Shown: piece after piece, positions 45,923-55,337 of the stretch
Layout: each line of letters opens with the position of its first letter
Numbering within the stretch: the stretch's first letter is position 1
Assembly (NCBI GenBank): GCA_965224055.1
Contig: OZ245034.1
Span: 8,182,762-8,246,761 of the forward strand
Source: Myxococcota bacterium
GTDB taxonomy: Bacteria > Myxococcota_A > UBA796 > GCA-2862545
DNA: 64,000 nt
Direction of reading: 5' to 3'
Notes under the pieces: model-generated
Seen by the model: only the letters and a program-made list of their open reading frames with translations
What the model was told of the DNA's origin: nothing
Database searches by the model: none
Made by a program: the position numbers and the translations under genes

Positions 45923-48612
45923 GGGGTCTCCAGTTCGCGATCGGTGGAGTCGGCGTCGAGCAGGCGAGCGCGGAGCTTCTCGGCGCGGCGTCGTACCCAG
46001 GCTCGGGATGGATCGGCCGCGAGTGCATCGGTCCAACGCGCGAAGGCGGCTTGATCGTCCCCGGCTGCGAATGCGGCATCCCCTTCGGCTTCCCAGCGGT
46101 CGGCGAGCACCGACCCTGCCTGGACGACGGCTTCGGGGTGGTGGTCGTACCGGCGGGCCTTCGCGATCAGCGCGGGGTCGTCGGTGGCTTCGGCCTGGCG
46201 GGCCCAACAGCTCGCCAGGGCGGCGTCGACCCGGGGGTCGGTCGAGGTGTGCCAGGGGTCTTCGGGGGGGAGGTGTCGGCGCGCCTGGCTCCAGCGGCTC
46301 CACGCCTCGTCGCATCGGCCCGCATCGGCGGCCTCGACAGCGGCTTGGACCCCGGAATCGGCCGTCTGCACGACCTGGTTGCGGGGTGCGACCTCGATCA
46401 GGCCCACGAACCGGGCCTCTCCGGCCATGAACACCGGACGACCCACCTGGCGGCTCAGGTCGGTCTCGCCCGCTTCGTCCTTGGGGGTGCCGGCGAATCG
46501 GGCGTCGTTCACATCGTCCGGGATCACGGCGACTCCGACGTCGTACCGCCCTGGGGGCAGGTCGTCGGGAAGGGACACGGTATGGCGGCCGACCATCACC
46601 TGCTTACGCCTCCAGCGCGGAACCGGAATCCAGTCGTATGCAGGTGGGAGCTCCTTCACCACGCGCAGGCCTGCGGGCCCCTCGCCGGTCTGGGACAGGA
46701 AGAGCAGCGCGCGGAAGCCGTTGGGGCGGCGCGTTAAGGACCAGCCGATCTCGACGTACAGCCCACCGCCGGGGTGGACCTGGGGAGCGGGGACCTCGAG
46801 CCCGTTCATCCGGGCCTTGCCGAAGTCGACGCGACGCCCCGGAGTCCCGTGCCACACGTCTTCGGTGAACAGATCTTTGCGGACGTGGTTGCCGACGTGG
46901 AACTTGCTCGGGCTGTGGCCGTAGCCCGGGATCTCGACGTAGTTCGGCCGGAACCAGGGGCGCTTGTCGATGCCGGTCTTTCGGGCCCAGCCGCCGTGGA
47001 CGTGGGCGAAGGTGGGGTTCCGCTCGCCTCGGACGTAGTCGTCGATGAACGCGCGGTCGTAGTGATGGCGTGCGATCGGCACGTCGACCAGCCCCGCCAT
47101 GTCGGTGAGCTCGAAGCCCGACCACCACATGTGGGCGCCCATGTCGACCTCGAGAAGGCTGGCGTGATCGAGGTGGAGGCGCGCCTGGACGCCCTGCATG
47201 TACAGAACGCGACGGCGGACGTCGAAGGGCGTGGTCTCCAGGCCGAACAGGAACGAGACGGTCTGGCCGAAGCCGCTGGCGAGCACGGGAAACACGAGCA
47301 ACAGCGCGATGACGCCCGGCATCATGGGGCGCTTTGCGAGTCGCATGCTGATCGCGTCGGCCAGGGGCTTGCCGGTCGCGGCCAGGTGGCGGGCGGCGTC
47401 GGCCAGCAGCACGGCGAGAGGGACGTAGGCCATGTTGAGCCAGCGATAGCCGCGCATCCAGTCGCCGCCGGTGTACACGGCGAAGAACAGGGCGCACAGG
47501 GTGAGGACCCACGCGAGCATCCGGGCGGTGTGGCCCCCTCTTCCGATGCCGAGCAGGGGGAACAGCGCCGCGCACAGGATGAGGGTGCCGACACGGATCT
47601 GTACGGCGAGCTCGGGCTCGGGGGGCAGGTCGAAGGGGCCGTACGCGCGGAACCAGTGCACGCCGGAGAAGCAGACGCCCATCAGGATCCCGGTGGCGAC
47701 GAGCCCCACCATCCCGCGCCACCCGCGCGCGCCCGATTGGCCCAGGGTGTACAGCGGGAGCAGGAAGCCCTGGGTGCTGACGAGAGCCCAGCGTCGCACG
47801 TAGTTCCAGCCGCGCTCTCCCCACCCGAAGGGCTGGAACTTCTCGTCGGTGAGCTTGGCGTAGTACGTGTTCGGAAACTCCCAGGCGAAGGTCCAGTATC
47901 GCCAGGCGTGCCAGGTGCAGAACGGAGCGAGTCCGGCGAGCGCGAAGCTGGCCAACCAGCGGAATCCTCCGGCACGGACGGCCCAGATGGCCCCGAACAC
48001 CGCGATCACCCCCGCGTACATGGGGGCTTCGGGCCGGGTGATCGCCAGCAGGCCCAACAGCACGCCGGACAGGCCCCAGCTCGGTCGGTCGCCCTCGGCC
48101 AGGATCCGCACGGCCCCTGCCGCCAGCAGCAGGGTGAACAAGCCGTTCTCCAGTCCGGATGCGCTCCACAGCACGTGTTGGGTGGACACGGCGAGCACAA
48201 GGGGGGCGAGGAGCGGCCAGTTGCCGGGGTCGGCCCCTTGTTCTTCGGCAGTGCGACGGGCCCAGAGGTACGCCAGGGGGAGGCATGCCAGCCCGAAGCC
48301 CAGCCCCAGCAGCTTCCCGGTGATCCAGGGGGGGAGGCCGAAGAACGCGGTGACGGCGAGCAGCAGGGTCCAGGTGGGGTTGCTGAAGCCTTCGACCGGC
48401 TCTGCACCGGGGGTGGGAACAGGCCCCTCGCCGTGCGCGATGTTCTCGGCGAACGCGTAGCTGATGGCGGCGTCTTCGATCAGCCAGGTGCTGAACCACA
48501 CGGCGTGAAAGCAGTACACGGCCATGCACAGCACGATGCCGGTGACGTGGCGACGCCCAGTGGGGGACAGCGCGGCGAAGCGTCGTGCGAGGGCGTCGAG
48601 CAGCTGCGTCAT
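45919..48612 (-). CDS. Large polytopic membrane protein, GT-C-like (ArnT/PMT/Emb-like) putative glycosyltransferase, paralog A
   Basis: More than 10 TM helices. Conserved first-loop motif WLIEDAAISYAFAEN (a D/E pair as in GT-C enzymes). Conserved soluble C-terminal domain (HFAHVHGGWA, YVEIPGY, HVGNHVRKDLF) followed by a TPR-like tail. Start at the internal ATG (MTQLLDAL). Confidence 0.65.
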   Translation of the reverse strand: MTQLLDALARRFAALSPTGRRHVTGIVLCMAVYCFHAVWFSTWLIEDAAISYAFAENIAHGEGPVPTPGAEPVEGFSNPTWTLLLAVTAFFGLPPWITGKLLGLGFGLACLPLAYLWARRTAEEQGADPGNWPLLAPLVLAVSTQHVLWSASGLENGLFTLLLAAGAVRILAEGDRPSWGLSGVLLGLLAITRPEAPMYAGVIAVFGAIWAVRAGGFRWLASFALAGLAPFCTWHAWRYWTFAWEFPNTYYAKLTDEKFQPFGWGERGWNYVRRWALVSTQGFLLPLYTLGQSGARGWRGMVGLVATGILMGVCFSGVHWFRAYGPFDLPPEPELAVQIRVGTLILCAALFPLLGIGRGGHTARMLAWVLTLCALFFAVYTGGDWMRGYRWLNMAYVPLAVLLADAARHLAATGKPLADAISMRLAKRPMMPGVIALLLVFPVLASGFGQTVSFLFGLETTPFDVRRRVLYMQGVQARLHLDHASLLEVDMGAHMWWSGFELTDMAGLVDVPIARHHYDRAFIDDYVRGERNPTFAHVHGGWARKTGIDKRPWFRPNYVEIPGYGHSPSKFHVGNHVRKDLFTEDVWHGTPGRRVDFGKARMNGLEVPAPQVHPGGGLYVEIGWSLTRRPNGFRALLFLSQTGEGPAGLRVVKELPPAYDWIPVPRWRRKQVMVGRHTVSLPDDLPPGRYDVGVAVIPDDVNDARFAGTPKDEAGETDLSRQVGRPVFMAGEARFVGLIEVAPRNQVVQTADSGVQAAVEAADAGRCDEAWSRWSQARRHLPPEDPWHTSTDPRVDAALASCWARQAEATDDPALIAKARRYDHHPEAVVQAGSVLADRWEAEGDAAFAAGDDQAAFARWTDALAADPSRAWVRRRAEKLRARLLDADSTDRELETP

Positions 48613-48616
48613 GGGG

Positions 48617-51600
48617 TCACTTGCGCGGCGTGGGCTTCTTGGCCTTCCGCTTCCGCTCCTTGGCGGCTCGGTCGCGTTTCTCCCGTGCCTCGCGGGCTCT
48701 CTGCATCCTCTCCTCGCGTTCGGCGGCCCGCTTGGCCTCCTTCTCGGCGAGGGATTCCGGATCGATGCCCAGGCGGAGGGCTCGGGCCTCCTCGGCGTAG
48801 CGACGGGCCCAGGAGCGCCACGGATCGGCGCGCAGCACCCGGGAGAAGTGCTCGAAGGCCTCCTCCCAGTTGCCGGCCTCCCGCGCGGCCATGCCCAGGG
48901 CGTAGTGGGCGTCCGCAACGGGGTCTTTCGCCTCGAGATAGGCGGGCTGGCGGTGGTCGTGCAGGCGAGCACGCTCGAGGTAGGTGACGGCGAGCTCGGA
49001 GTCCGGGGGCTCCTGCTTCGCGCGCCACGACCAGCAGATCGACAGCTGCATCGCCACGGTGGGGCCGTGCTGGTTGCGGTATCGCTTGTCGATCGGGCGG
49101 TGGCGCTTGGAGAGGAACCAGCTGTGCTCGGCCTTCTCGCAGCGTCCCTTTCGTCCGTGCTCGAGGGCTTCCTGGCGATCGGTCTTGGCGAGGGTGGACA
49201 GCTCGTCGAGGGACACGACGGTCAGCGCGCCGGGGAACACGACCTCGCCCTCGACGTAGATGGGCTCGCGGGTGGGCCGGACCTCGTCCTCGTCGGTGGT
49301 CCCGATCCACGCGCCGTCTGGGAGGGTGGGCTCGGGCTCGTCGGGGTCGGGCTGGACCTCGGGGTCGTCGGGGGTGGGGACGGGTCGTGGCGGCAGCACG
49401 GCGCCGTCGGGATCGAAGAACGCGAACCCGATGTCGTAGTCGCCCACGGCCATGTCCTTGGGGATGGGCAGCTTGTAGCGACCCACGTTGACCTCGTTCG
49501 GCTTCCACTCGTCGGCGGGCAGCCACCCGTAGTTGAGCGGGATGGCCCAGGTCTGGACGAGCTCTCCGTTCTGGCTCGCGAACATGTGGACCGCGACGTC
49601 CTCGCCCTCTTTGCGGGCCAGCGCGTTGCGGATCGCGATCTCGACCCACATCAAGCGGGCCTGCGCGGGCTCGCTCGGCAGGTCGAAGCCCTCGAGCACC
49701 AGCCCGCCCTGCATGGGGATGCGGCGGTCGGGCTGGTCGCTGCGGGGTTCGTAGCGCCGGGACAGGAACAGGTCGCGCCGGACGTGGTTGCCGATGTGGA
49801 GCTTGGTGCGGCCGGCGGGGTAGCCCGGGATCTCGACGTAGTCGCGCCGCCACTCGGGATGCGTGGGGATGCGGGAGTTGCTGGCCCAGCCCCCGTGCAC
49901 GTGCGCGAAGTGGGGGCGCCGCTCCTCGAACAGGTATTCGCGGATGAAGGGCTTCTGGAAGCGGTGCTGGGCCATCGGGATGTCGACCAGCCCGGCGATG
50001 TCCATCATCGCGAGCTCGCCCCGACCCCACCACAGATGCGCGCCCTGATCGACGTCGAGATCGACCATGGGCCCCTCGATCTCCAGGGTGTCTTTGAGGT
50101 CCAGCACGAACTGCACGCGCTTCTTGATCGCGAACGGACCGGTCTCGGGGAAGGGGAGCACCGCCATCGTGTGGGTGATGTTCGGAATCAGTGCCGTGGC
50201 GGCGATCAGCGACAGCACCGTCCATCCGGCCATGGTCCACGGGCCTCTCGAGCGCTCCGAGAGCAATCCGCCCATCAGGGCCGTGATCATCGCGCCCTCG
50301 ATGATGGCGAGCAGCCACCACTTGCCGAGCACGAACTCCGGGCCTGCGACGGTCCAGATGACGATCAGCACCACCTGCATCACGGCCCAGAACACCTTGT
50401 CGCCCGCGAACGAGCGGGCCCGGACGAACACCCGATCGACGGCGTCGGCCAGGGCGCCGGCCCCCATCGCGAACAGCACGGCGGCGGGGACCTGCAACAG
50501 ACTCATCCAGCGCCAGGCCTTCATCCAGTCGCCCAGCGTGTAGATGCTGAAGAACAGCACTCCGACGGCGATCCCCCAGCACAGCACGCGCGCCTGCCAG
50601 CCCTTGCGTCCGCCCAGAGCCAGGTTGGGCAGCAACAGGGCGGCGCCGACCATCATCCAGGACCGCCCGTCGACCCACCAGGTGGGCGCCGGCATCCCCT
50701 GGGGCCACCACGGAATCGTGTTGAAGGCGTCGTTGGTGGGGTAGATCAGCCAGAACGCCATGAACAGCAGGGCGAACAGCGCGACGATGCCCCGCCAGCC
50801 ACGCGTTCCGACGAGCCCGAAGATCCACAGCGGGAGGAAGTACGCGGTCCACAGGTCGTGCGACCAGTTCCGGACGTAGCGCCACCCGCGGGTGTTCCAC
50901 GCCATCTTGGGGTCCTTCGTGGTCATCTTGCCGTAGTACGTCTGCGGGAACTCGTAGGCGAAGTACGAGAACCGCACGGCGTGGTAGACCCCGAACGGGA
51001 CGAAGAACAGCGCCAGCCACTGCAGTGTGCGTCTCACGCCCACCTTCGTGCCGTGTGCGTGCAGGGCGAAGCACATCGTCAGGAAGCCCGCGATGGCGCA
51101 GTACAGGATGGCTTCCGGGCGAGAGATGGCGAGCAGGAACCAGAAGAACGCCGCGAACGGGAAGCCACCGGTGCGGATCTCGATGGCCGACCGGAGGAGG
51201 GCCGCGGCCAGGATGCAGTTGAACAGCGCGTTCTCGAGTCCGCACGACGCCCAGATCGCGTAGGTGCTGGCGGCTGCGAGGTAGCTCGCAGCGACCAGGG
51301 GGGCGTGGCGCTGGCCGGCCTCGTTGGGCGAGGCTTCACGGGCCAGCCAGTAGACCAGCGGGACCGTGATGCCGCCGAGCACGGCCTGGAGAACCTTCGA
51401 CGCATCGAAGCTGTCGAAGCCGAGCAGCTCTGCCACGGTGAGCAGCGCCACCCAGGTGAAGTTGGAGTAGCCCTCGAGCCGCTCGCCGCCGGGGTAGGCC
51501 ACCAGCCCTTCTCCCCAGGCCCAGTTGCGGGCGAAGGCGAACGAGATGGCGGCGTCTTCGATGTACCAGCCCCAGAACTGGAACTGGTGCCAGACGACGC

Positions 51601-51739
51601 CCACGATGCACGCCAGGACGACCAGTCCGTGCAGCACCGCGACGAGTAGAGGACGGCGGTCGGCACGGGCCTCGACACCGGACGGGGCTTCGGGGGTTTC
51701 AGCGTCGTCGGTGGACACCCGGTCTCCTGCGGAACCCAC
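48617..51739 (-). CDS. Large polytopic membrane protein, GT-C-like putative glycosyltransferase, paralog B
   Basis: Same architecture and motifs as paralog A (WYIEDAAISFAFARN, HFAHVHGGWA, YVEIPGY, HIGNHVRRDLF). Lys/Arg/Glu-rich coiled C-terminal tail. 4-nt gap to paralog A. Confidence 0.65.
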   Translation of the reverse strand: MGSAGDRVSTDDAETPEAPSGVEARADRRPLLVAVLHGLVVLACIVGVVWHQFQFWGWYIEDAAISFAFARNWAWGEGLVAYPGGERLEGYSNFTWVALLTVAELLGFDSFDASKVLQAVLGGITVPLVYWLAREASPNEAGQRHAPLVAASYLAAASTYAIWASCGLENALFNCILAAALLRSAIEIRTGGFPFAAFFWFLLAISRPEAILYCAIAGFLTMCFALHAHGTKVGVRRTLQWLALFFVPFGVYHAVRFSYFAYEFPQTYYGKMTTKDPKMAWNTRGWRYVRNWSHDLWTAYFLPLWIFGLVGTRGWRGIVALFALLFMAFWLIYPTNDAFNTIPWWPQGMPAPTWWVDGRSWMMVGAALLLPNLALGGRKGWQARVLCWGIAVGVLFFSIYTLGDWMKAWRWMSLLQVPAAVLFAMGAGALADAVDRVFVRARSFAGDKVFWAVMQVVLIVIWTVAGPEFVLGKWWLLAIIEGAMITALMGGLLSERSRGPWTMAGWTVLSLIAATALIPNITHTMAVLPFPETGPFAIKKRVQFVLDLKDTLEIEGPMVDLDVDQGAHLWWGRGELAMMDIAGLVDIPMAQHRFQKPFIREYLFEERRPHFAHVHGGWASNSRIPTHPEWRRDYVEIPGYPAGRTKLHIGNHVRRDLFLSRRYEPRSDQPDRRIPMQGGLVLEGFDLPSEPAQARLMWVEIAIRNALARKEGEDVAVHMFASQNGELVQTWAIPLNYGWLPADEWKPNEVNVGRYKLPIPKDMAVGDYDIGFAFFDPDGAVLPPRPVPTPDDPEVQPDPDEPEPTLPDGAWIGTTDEDEVRPTREPIYVEGEVVFPGALTVVSLDELSTLAKTDRQEALEHGRKGRCEKAEHSWFLSKRHRPIDKRYRNQHGPTVAMQLSICWSWRAKQEPPDSELAVTYLERARLHDHRQPAYLEAKDPVADAHYALGMAAREAGNWEEAFEHFSRVLRADPWRSWARRYAEEARALRLGIDPESLAEKEAKRAAEREERMQRAREAREKRDRAAKERKRKAKKPTPRK

Positions 51740-51773
51740 GCAATCTAGCGTGTTCGCGGGCTCCCGTCGGTGT

Positions 51774-52061
51774 TCACCGCTTCTTCCGGTCGAACCGACC
51801 GATCCGTCGGTTCACCCCGGCGAGGCGGTCGCGCCAGCGCTGCTTGATCCGCCGCACGCGGGCGCGTCGGGCGTTCGCCCAGGCCTCGTCGAGCGCGCTC
51901 CAGCTGTGGTCTTCGGGGGTGGTCTTGCGGAACAGCATGAACCGCGCGGCTCGCGCAGCCTGGTCGAGCGCGCTGCCAGGCTCCGGATCGATCCGATCGT
52001 CGAGGAGCTGGAACAGCCGACCGGCCAGCTTGGGACGCCGCGCTTCGATCGCGTAGCCCAC
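51774..52061 (-). CDS. Small basic hypothetical protein (GTG start)
   Basis: High GC3 throughout. 95 aa, Arg-rich. 144 nt downstream of the PspA-like gene on the same strand. Confidence 0.4.
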   Translation of the reverse strand: MGYAIEARRPKLAGRLFQLLDDRIDPEPGSALDQAARAARFMLFRKTTPEDHSWSALDEAWANARRARVRRIKQRWRDRLAGVNRRIGRFDRKKR

Positions 52062-52205
52062 GATCTCGACGAGCTCGTCGGTGTTGTCCGCGTCGTCGGC
52101 ATCCAGCCATTCACGGACGAAGGCGTCCTCGGCCTCGGGGGTACGGGCCGGGAGGACGCCTTCTTCGGACGGTTCGTGTGGTGGGGATTCCGAGATCGGA
52201 CCCGC

Positions 52206-52919
52206 CTACATCGTCTTCTTGACGCCTTCGGCGGCCGCGGACTTGCGGGCTTCCATCTGGCGCTTCATCTCGGCGAGCTGCGTACGCGCGTTGGCGTTGC
52301 TGGCCTTCTCCTTGATCTTGGCGAGCTTCGCATCCAGCGAGTCGCCCTTGATCTCGGCGCCGATGTCGGCCTCGGCCTGCAGCTTGTCGATGTGCTCGCG
52401 CACGTTGTCGAGGGCCTTGACGTCGGCGTCCGTGGACAGTCCGTCGAGGGTCTCCTGGATGTCGATGCGGGCCTCGGCGTTGGCCTTGGCGGCGAGCATC
52501 TTCTCCTTCTCGCGCTTGAGCTTCTCGATCTCGGACTGGAACTGCAGCAGGCCGGACTTGGCGTCCTCGGCCTGGTCGGAGACCTTCTTGAGCTCGGCGG
52601 AGAGGCTCTCGATCGAAGCGGTGAGCTCGTCCTTCTTCTGGATCAGGACCAGCGCGACCTCGTCTTCGCCGGTGTCGATCGCGACGGGGAGCTGCTGCAT
52701 GACATCGCGGAGCTCGTTCTCCTTGGCCTCGAGCTCGGTGGACAGCTTGTTGCGCAGGTAGACGATCCCGCTGACTGCCTTCTTGAGCTCGCGATGCTTC
52801 CGGACGCGCTCGTCGATGGCCGCTTCGTACACAGCCTCGGGGTTCCGCGCCTCGATGTCGGAGACCCAGAGATTGAGGAAACCGCGCCAGACGTTGGCGA
52901 GCCGATCGAAGAAACCCAT
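52206..52919 (-). CDS. pspA: PspA/IM30-family protein (phage-shock protein A-like)
   Basis: N-terminal MGFFDRLANVWRGFLN amphipathic helix and coiled-coil repeats typical of PspA/Vipp1. Start at the internal ATG. Confidence 0.8.
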   Translation of the reverse strand: MGFFDRLANVWRGFLNLWVSDIEARNPEAVYEAAIDERVRKHRELKKAVSGIVYLRNKLSTELEAKENELRDVMQQLPVAIDTGEDEVALVLIQKKDELTASIESLSAELKKVSDQAEDAKSGLLQFQSEIEKLKREKEKMLAAKANAEARIDIQETLDGLSTDADVKALDNVREHIDKLQAEADIGAEIKGDSLDAKLAKIKEKASNANARTQLAEMKRQMEARKSAAAEGVKKTM

Positions 52920-53020
52920 GTGTGACTGACCCCCTGGGGTTGTGGAGAGGGTATGCCCGGCACGCTCGCCGGGCAAGAGCCCCGCACCCAACCGTACCCC
53001 CGACATCCCAAGTGTATTGC

Positions 53021-53470
53021 ATGGCCGGGCGATCGGCGGGCGATCGCGCTAGTTCCGGGTGCGTGAAGGCACTATTCCTGGTGGCATTGGGCGGAGCGGC
53101 GGGGGCCGTGTTGCGCCATCTCGCGGGCGCGGGCGTCACCTCGATCGTCGGTCGGAGCGTTCCCACCGACGGGCAGTTCCAGCCGTTCACGTGGGGATCG
53201 ATGCCCTGGAGCACCCTGCTCGTGAACGTCGTGGGCTCGTTCGTGCTGGGGGCGCTGGTCACCTGGGTCGCGCGGACCGAGGCCTCGCCGGACATCAAGC
53301 TGCTGGTGGGCACGGGCTTGTGTGGCGCGCTCACCACGTTCTCGACCTTCTCGGTCGAGACGCTCTCGCTGGTGCAGTCGGGCCACCGCGCGGCCGCGAT
53401 CGCGAACCTGGCCCTGAACGTCGTGCTGGGGCTGTCCGCCGCGGCGCTGGGAATCTGGGCGCTCCGATGA
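53021..53470 (+). CDS. crcB: Fluoride ion channel CrcB/FluC
   Basis: LVALGGAAGAVLRH, GTGLCGALTTFSTFS and NLALNVVLGL motifs. An alternative GTG start lies at 53063. No fluoride-riboswitch consensus was seen upstream. Confidence 0.8.
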   Translation: MAGRSAGDRASSGCVKALFLVALGGAAGAVLRHLAGAGVTSIVGRSVPTDGQFQPFTWGSMPWSTLLVNVVGSFVLGALVTWVARTEASPDIKLLVGTGLCGALTTFSTFSVETLSLVQSGHRAAAIANLALNVVLGLSAAALGIWALR

Positions 53471-53537
53471 TTCGGCCGGCCCAGGTACCCCCGGAAAATG
53501 TGCTCGTGCCTCCGCGCATTTCGGAGGCACCGTTCTC

Positions 53538-55325
53538 TTGGCCGTCGAGGCATTCTGCGCTAAGAAGCCCAACCCGCTCTCGGGAGGTCTCCGCGTGTCT
53601 CGTTCTGTCGACGTCTTCTCCGTCCTCGCCCTGTCGCTCGGGCTGATCCCGGCATCGGCCAGCGCTCGGCCCGTGCCCGTGGGCTTCTCGGCCGGCTCTG
53701 CTGCTTCTGGTCCGTCCGATCCGTCCGTGGTGTCCGACTCTGCCGATGACGTCGACTGGCTCGGGGGTCACGCGCGCGAGATGCTCCAGCGTGGCGGCGC
53801 CCCCGGTCTGCCCACGCCTCCCGCTCCCGGTGGGCTTCCCCCGGCCACGCCCGGTCCGGATGTCCGGGTCTACGGCTACCTCGCGTACTGGGACGACGAT
53901 CTGAACCAGGTGCCGTGGGACCAGATCTCCGACATCGCGATCTTCAACGCCGACGTCGACACCGCGGGCAACCTCTCCAACACGTCGCGCTGGGATCAGG
54001 CCGCGACCGCCGTGCAGATGGCCGCTCCGTACGGGGTCCGCGTGCACCTGTGCGTCACCAACTTCAGCACGAGCGAGCTCGAGACCCTGCTCGGCAACCC
54101 CGCGGCGCGCACCAACCTGATCAACCAGCTCGCCTCGTGGGAATCCACCACGGGGGCCCACGGGATCAACATCGACTTCGAGAACCTGCCGTTCTCCCGC
54201 AAGCAGGAGATGGTGCAGTTCACGGCCGATCTCGACGCTGCGGTGGGGGATGTCGTCCTGGCCGTTCCGGCGGTCGACTGGGAGGCGGCCTGGGACTTCG
54301 ACGCCCTCACCCTCAACGCCGATCTGTTCATCATGGGGTACGGCTACCACTGGTCCGGCAGCAGCGAGTCCGGCCCGACCGACCCGCTCCACGGGGGCCC
54401 TGGCACGGTGTGGGCCAGCGATCACGCCCTGGACTGGTCGGTCGAGGACTACCTCTTCTACGGAGCCGCTCCAGACCGGCTGATCCTGGGCCTGCCGCTC
54501 TACGGCCGCAGCTACTTCGTGTCGAACAACAACGTGCCGACCGCGTCCAACGGCGACAACGGCTCGGTCACCTGGGCGGCTTCGGCGCCCCAGATGCCCA
54601 GCGCCACCCACGAGGCCACGGGCGAGTCGATGTACTACTACGACGGCTTGACGCAGACCTGGAACAACGACGTCGAGACCATGCGCGCCAAGGTCCAGTA
54701 CGCCGTGAACGAGGGCATCGCGGGCATCGGGTTCTGGGCGCTCAACTACGACGACGACGACCCCGCCCTGTGGTCGATGATCGACCAGGAGACCACCTTC
54801 GGGGTGGCCGACACCGACACGGACACCGATACCGACACGGACACCGATGCCGACGCCGATGCGGACTCGGATGCCGATGCCGACGCGGATGCGGACACCG
54901 ACAGCGATGCCGACACCGATGTCCCGGTCGACAACGCGTTCACGGCCGTGGTGGGCGATCCGCTCCTGGCGTACATGGGCGACACCGTGGTCCTGAACGC
55001 CGAGGCCAGCACGGGCCCCGAAGGCGTGCCGCTGGTCTACCAGTGGACCCGCACCTACGGCCCGGATGTGCAGTTCGACACCCTCGACACGCCCACCCCG
55101 AGCTTCGTGGCCACGGAGCCCGGCAACTACGGGTTCCGGGTCCGGGTCGGAGACGGTCAGTCCTCGAGTGCCCCGGCCGAGACCTTCGTGGTGGTGGTCG
55201 ACCCCGAAGCGCGGATGTCCGTCACGCCGAAGGGCTGCGGGTGTTCGAGCACGTCTGCACCGGCTGGAATGCTGGGTGTGCTCGCGATGGGCCTGCTGGG
55301 ACTGGCGTTCCGCCGCCAGGACTGA
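53538..55325 (+). CDS. GH18-family glycoside hydrolase (chitinase-like) with (Thr/Ala-Asp)n linker, PKD-like domain and MYXO-CTERM tag
   Basis: GH18 DxxDxDxE-region (HGINIDFE). MYYYD and GIGFWAL motifs. C-terminus PKGCGCSSTSAPAGMLGVLAMGLLGLAFRRQD. The start may be a downstream GTG nearer the signal peptide. Confidence 0.8.
   Translation: MAVEAFCAKKPNPLSGGLRVSRSVDVFSVLALSLGLIPASASARPVPVGFSAGSAASGPSDPSVVSDSADDVDWLGGHAREMLQRGGAPGLPTPPAPGGLPPATPGPDVRVYGYLAYWDDDLNQVPWDQISDIAIFNADVDTAGNLSNTSRWDQAATAVQMAAPYGVRVHLCVTNFSTSELETLLGNPAARTNLINQLASWESTTGAHGINIDFENLPFSRKQEMVQFTADLDAAVGDVVLAVPAVDWEAAWDFDALTLNADLFIMGYGYHWSGSSESGPTDPLHGGPGTVWASDHALDWSVEDYLFYGAAPDRLILGLPLYGRSYFVSNNNVPTASNGDNGSVTWAASAPQMPSATHEATGESMYYYDGLTQTWNNDVETMRAKVQYAVNEGIAGIGFWALNYDDDDPALWSMIDQETTFGVADTDTDTDTDTDTDADADADSDADADADADTDSDADTDVPVDNAFTAVVGDPLLAYMGDTVVLNAEASTGPEGVPLVYQWTRTYGPDVQFDTLDTPTPSFVATEPGNYGFRVRVGDGQSSSAPAETFVVVVDPEARMSVTPKGCGCSSTSAPAGMLGVLAMGLLGLAFRRQD
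54811..54918 (+). repeat. Hexanucleotide (GAC-RCC/GAT-GCC)n microsatellite encoding a (TD/AD)n linker
   Basis: About 18 tandem GACACC/GACGCC/GATGCC units inside the GH18 gene. Confidence 0.6.
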
Positions 55326-55337
55326 GATCCGCCCGCG

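Noticed and set aside
51812-52114. Alternative 100-aa minus-strand ORF overlapping the small basic ORF in another frame
   Set aside because: Ser/Thr/Pro-rich with lower GC3 than the 51774-52061 frame, which I kept instead.
52919-53062. Possible fluoride (crcB) riboswitch upstream of crcB
   Set aside because: The region contains GGCGATCGG...GGGCGATCGCGC but lacks the conserved GGCGAUGG / GUUCGCC / CUGAUGAUGCCUAC elements of the crcB motif as I recall them. An Rfam scan could still be run, but by eye it is absent.
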